A DNA stretch of 29,993 bases from an uncultured Verrucomicrobiota bacterium (GTDB taxonomy: Bacteria > Verrucomicrobiota > Verrucomicrobiia > Limisphaerales > CAZMLP01). The position numbers were made by a program, and so were the translations under genes. The stretch's first letter is position 1. Each line of letters begins with the position of its first letter. The notes under the pieces are model-generated. The model did not search any database. It was not told the DNA's origin and was given only the letters and a program-made list of their open reading frames with translations. This document shows, in pieces, positions 26,296-29,993 of the stretch. Where the stretch lies: assembly GCA_964566745.1 (NCBI GenBank), contig CAZMLP010000222.1, positions 1-29,993 on the forward strand. Direction: 5' to 3'.

Positions 26296-28344
26296 ATGTC
26301 CAAGCTCGGCTGGTATTATCATCGGTTGCGCGCCATGAGCGCGGCGGAAATGGCCGCCCATCTGCGCAAGAAACTCCGGCAATCCGCCGATGCCAAAGGC
26401 CTGCCCGACTTCAGCGCGGTGAACCTGGGCGAGATGGCAAATTATCCAACCCTTCCGCAACCCGCTGACGCGCCGCCCGAGGTGCGCGCGGCTTTGCGCC
26501 GGGACGCCGACGCGATTCAGGGCGGCCACTGGTCCGCGTTCGGTCATTTGGATTTGCGGGTCGATGATCCGCCAAAGTGGCATAAGGATTATTTGGCCGG
26601 GCAGGACTTGGCGACGACCCGCTCCGCCTTTCAACTTAATCACCGTGAGTTGCCCCCGGGCGCGGACATCAAGCTCGTTTGGGAACTGAGCCGCTGGTAT
26701 CCGCTCACGCGTCTCGCGATGGCCGCTTTTGTGCTCGGTGACGAACGTGCCGCGCGCAAATGTCTCGCCTGGCTCGTGGACTGGCATCAGCACAATCCAC
26801 CTTACATCGGTTGGAACTGGACCAGCGCCCTCGAGGCTGGCATGCGTTTGATCCAGTTCACCTGGATCGACGCCCTGTTAAGCGCCGCGATGAAGCTGGG
26901 TGTCGCCGCGGACGAGTCACCCAAGCTTGCCCGACTCCGCCGCGACTTGCTGCCGCCGCATGTCTGGTTTTGCTCGCGTTATCAATCGTTCGGCTCCTCC
27001 GCGAACAACCATTTGCTGGGCGAGCTCACCGGCCTGATCCTCGCCACGGCCCGATGGCCGGAGCTGGAAAAAATCGATGCATCCCTGGCCGAATTGCACC
27101 TGCAATGGGAATACGAGGTTCTGGCGCAATTCGCCCCGGACGGGGGCAATCGCGAGCAGGCGCTGAACTATCAGCTTTTCTCGTGGGAATTTTGCTGGCA
27201 CGCCCGCGCGGCGTTGCGCGCCGCAAAGCGGGCCGTCAAGCCAGATGTGTCCCTCACGCTGCTCACCGCCGCCACTTTCCTCACCACGGTTCAGACCGAG
27301 GAGGAGCCGTGGGACTACGGTGACTCGGACAGCGCCCACATGTTGCCGTTTTTCGTCGCGGAAGCCACCGCCGGCCAGGAATGGCGCTCGTGGATGATTC
27401 AGCGCGGGGAGAGCGCCGGCATCGAATACTGGCAGGGCGCGACCCGGGACTCGTTCACCACGGAGTTGAGCGCCGACCATGATTGGATCAACACCGAGAC
27501 GTTTGACCTGCCGTTGCTCGCGAAAGTTTTCCCATTGCCGCCAAAGGATCCGCAGCTTGCCTGGCTGGTCTTTCCCGACAGCGGCCAGGCGGTGTGCCGC
27601 GCGGGGCGCTGGACGTTGCGTTGGGATTTGTCCCCGCTCGGCTATTTGAACACCGCCGCGCACGGCCATCTCGACGCGTTGCATCTCTCGCTGTGGCTCG
27701 ACGGGCACGCCCTGGTGATTGATCCCGGCACCGGCGCCTATTACGCGGACAAGTCGTTGCGCGCGTGGCTGGCTTCGCGGAGCGCGCACAATTCGCCTTG
27801 CCCGGCGGGGCCGGAATGGCCGCGACGACTTGGCCCGTTTTTATGGGAGCAACATCACCGGCCACCCTCATGGCACGGTCCCGGCCAGCCCGCTGAAACC
27901 ACGCTGGCGGCAAAATTCGATTTGCCCGGAGTTTCTTTCGAGCGGACGGTGACACTATCGCCGGATCAAACCCGTTGCGAGGTGACCGACCAGGTGGCCA
28001 GTGGCGCGACGGCGGAATTTTCCGTTCGCTGGCAGTTCGCGCCCGGCTCGGTGTTTGAGTTGCTCGCCGAGCGAAAGCTGCGGGTGACTCGCGAGGGCGT
28101 GTCAATTGAGGTCGAGGCGGGCATGGAATGGGCGGGAATTCACGTCGTCTCCACAAACGACCCGCGCCTGTTAAAGGCGGCGGCGGAAAATGATGCCGAG
28201 GCGCAATTGGCTGGCACAGTCTCGTCGGCGTTTCGCCACGTCGAATGGGCGCCGTTCATGAAATTGGTGGCGCGACCCCGTGCCGGCCAGTCTTGCGTTT
28301 TTCGCACCACCTTCCTACTTTCGCCCGCTGCATTTCGGAAATAA
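26296..28344 (+). CDS. Heparinase II/III-family (lyase-fold) protein
   Basis: DIKLVWELSRW, NPPYIGWNWTSALE, SSANNHLLGE, GGNREQALNY, AHGHLDALHL, DPGTGAYY, SRSAHNS. Confidence 0.88.
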   Translation: MSKLGWYYHRLRAMSAAEMAAHLRKKLRQSADAKGLPDFSAVNLGEMANYPTLPQPADAPPEVRAALRRDADAIQGGHWSAFGHLDLRVDDPPKWHKDYLAGQDLATTRSAFQLNHRELPPGADIKLVWELSRWYPLTRLAMAAFVLGDERAARKCLAWLVDWHQHNPPYIGWNWTSALEAGMRLIQFTWIDALLSAAMKLGVAADESPKLARLRRDLLPPHVWFCSRYQSFGSSANNHLLGELTGLILATARWPELEKIDASLAELHLQWEYEVLAQFAPDGGNREQALNYQLFSWEFCWHARAALRAAKRAVKPDVSLTLLTAATFLTTVQTEEEPWDYGDSDSAHMLPFFVAEATAGQEWRSWMIQRGESAGIEYWQGATRDSFTTELSADHDWINTETFDLPLLAKVFPLPPKDPQLAWLVFPDSGQAVCRAGRWTLRWDLSPLGYLNTAAHGHLDALHLSLWLDGHALVIDPGTGAYYADKSLRAWLASRSAHNSPCPAGPEWPRRLGPFLWEQHHRPPSWHGPGQPAETTLAAKFDLPGVSFERTVTLSPDQTRCEVTDQVASGATAEFSVRWQFAPGSVFELLAERKLRVTREGVSIEVEAGMEWAGIHVVSTNDPRLLKAAAENDAEAQLAGTVSSAFRHVEWAPFMKLVARPRAGQSCVFRTTFLLSPAAFRK

Positions 28345-28349
28345 CGCGC

Positions 28350-29537
28350 GTGGAAAAGAAGCCTGCCATTCTCATCATTGTGGAGAACCTGCCGGTGCCG
28401 TTGGACCGGCGGGTGTGGCAGGAATCGTGCGCGCTGCGCGACGCCGGCTACGAGGTGGTGGTGATTTGCCCGCAAATGCGTGGCTTCACCCAGCCGGAGG
28501 AAAAGCTCGACGGGATTCATATCTATCGGCACTGGATCAGTGACGAGGCGGGCGGGTTCGTCGGTTTCCTCGGCGAGTACGCCTCCGCGCTTTGGGGAGA
28601 GTTTCGGCTGGCGTGGAAAGTTTGGCGAAGGCACCGGCCCCGGCTAATTCATCTCTGCAACCCGCCCGATCTCCTCTTCCTGAACGCGCTGCCATTCAAA
28701 TGGCTCTTCGGTGCCCGGGTGATTTTCGACGTGCACGATGTCTGGCCGGAGATGTTCGAGGCGAAGTTCGGCAAACGCGGCCTTTTCTATTGGGCCGTGC
28801 GCGCGGCGGAACGTTTGACCTTCGCCACCGCGGACGTGGTCATCGCGACAAACCGCTCGGTGCAACTCACCGCGCTTGAGCGCGGCGGAAAGGTTTCCTC
28901 GGAGGTCTTCATTGTCCGCACCGCGCCGAACATCGTCACTAGCTCCGCGCAACCGAATCCAAGCCTGCGCAAAGGTCGCAAGTATCTCGTCGGCTACGTC
29001 GGCGTGATGGGCAATGCCGATGGCGTGCAATATCTCATCGATGCCGCCGACCATATCGTCCACAAAATGGGCCGCACTGATGTGCAGTTTCTGCTCATGG
29101 GCAGCGGGCCGGAATGGGAAAATCTAAAGGCGCAGCGTGATCGTCTTGGCTTGGGAGAGTATGTCGATCTGCCCGGGCGCGTGACCAACGAGTTTCTGTT
29201 CTCCGCGTTGCAGACGATTGATCTCGGCGTCTCGTGCGATCCGATCAATCCCTACAACCACCACTGCACCATGAACAAGGTGCTGGAATACATGACGTTT
29301 GGAAAAGCGCAGGTGTTGTTCGACCTGCGCGAGGGGCGCGAAAGCGCAAAGGACGCGGCCGTGTATGTGCCGGAGAACTCCGCCGCCAGCCTGGGGGAGG
29401 CCATCGTCCGGACATTGGATGATCCCGCCGCCCGGGCCCGCATGGGCACGCTTGGGCGGGAACGCATGCGCGCCGAGTTGAATTGGGAGCGATCCGTCGA
29501 GCAATTGTTGCGAGCCTATGCCGCCGCGCTCGAATGA
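28350..29537 (+). CDS. Glycosyltransferase family 4
   Basis: IIVENLPVPLDRRVWQES, HLCNPPD, FDVHDVWPE, GYVGVMGNADG, TMNKVLEYM; GTG start at 28350. Confidence 0.9.
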   Translation: MEKKPAILIIVENLPVPLDRRVWQESCALRDAGYEVVVICPQMRGFTQPEEKLDGIHIYRHWISDEAGGFVGFLGEYASALWGEFRLAWKVWRRHRPRLIHLCNPPDLLFLNALPFKWLFGARVIFDVHDVWPEMFEAKFGKRGLFYWAVRAAERLTFATADVVIATNRSVQLTALERGGKVSSEVFIVRTAPNIVTSSAQPNPSLRKGRKYLVGYVGVMGNADGVQYLIDAADHIVHKMGRTDVQFLLMGSGPEWENLKAQRDRLGLGEYVDLPGRVTNEFLFSALQTIDLGVSCDPINPYNHHCTMNKVLEYMTFGKAQVLFDLREGRESAKDAAVYVPENSAASLGEAIVRTLDDPAARARMGTLGRERMRAELNWERSVEQLLRAYAAALE

Positions 29538-29993
29538 CCCGCCTGGCGCCGCCAACGAGCCACCGCTCTGCGTGGATCTCGACGGCACTCTCCTCTGCCA
29601 CGACTCCTTTCGCGCCACCCTCTGGATCTTCCTCCGCCGGTTCCCGTGGCGCGCGCCGCTGATTCTGCTCTGGTGGCGGCACGGCCGCGCTTGCGTCAAA
29701 CGCAACATCGCCACCGCCATTTCCTATGACGTCTCCCGCTGGCAAGTGCACGCCGCGTTTCTTGAATTTCTCCGGGCTGAGCGCGCACGCGGCCGTCGCT
29801 TGATCCTGGCCAGCGGCACGGAGGAAAGCGTCGCGCGCCGGGTGGCGGAGCACATCGGCCTGTTTGACGAGGTCATTGCCAGCGACGGTGTGACCAACGT
29901 GACCGGCCCGCGCAAAACCGCGCGGCTGAACGCGCGCTTTGGCGAGAAAGGTTGGGATTACGCGGGCAACTCGCGGGTGGACCTGCCGGTGTG
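29518..29993 (+). CDS. N-terminal HAD-like domain of a probable UbiA-family prenyltransferase; runs off the right edge
   Basis: MPPRSNDPPGAANEPPLCVDLDGTLLCHDSF...LEFLRAERARGRRLILASG...VAEHIGLFDEVIASDGVTN...FGEKGWDYAGNSRVDLPV. The UbiA domain itself is outside the window and inferred. Confidence 0.75.
   Translation, partial: MPPRSNDPPGAANEPPLCVDLDGTLLCHDSFRATLWIFLRRFPWRAPLILLWWRHGRACVKRNIATAISYDVSRWQVHAAFLEFLRAERARGRRLILASGTEESVARRVAEHIGLFDEVIASDGVTNVTGPRKTARLNARFGEKGWDYAGNSRVDLPV

Noticed and set aside
29534-29545. Apparent frameshift if the last gene started at ATG 29534
   Set aside because: An in-frame ATG at 29518 gives an uninterrupted reading into the DLDGT motif

Overview
GC-rich bacterial chromosomal window. 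Gene style, REP types and a C-terminal '...W...FYRA' domain suggest Verrucomicrobiota (inference). From left to right: (1) a truncated M28 peptidase; (2) an accessory patch around tRNA-Leu(GAG) with a Phd/YefM antitoxin, a VapC/PIN toxin broken by an in-frame TAG, an orphan wHTH ORF and an ArsR-SRPBCC pair with a frameshift; (3) a 700-bp intergenic region with helically phased 10-bp repeats and a REP-like double hairpin; (4) polyprenyl synthase, ECF sigma, anti-sigma candidate, ruvC, two small paralogous membrane proteins (one His/Cys-rich), ruvA and a DUF374 acyltransferase; (5) a 214-bp MITE/REPIN-like element; (6) a second ECF sigma, anti-sigma candidate and DUF4252 module; (7) three minus-strand genes: methyltransferase, novel secreted protein and M48-TPR protease; (8) from 16968, a polysaccharide locus (Wzy_C-type membrane protein, three GT4s, DUF362, CapK-like ligase, bi-domain oxidoreductase, heparinase II/III-like, HAD-UbiA) that runs off the right edge. 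No CRISPR array, rRNA, integrase or transposase was seen. All family calls come from motif recognition by eye; no database search was run.
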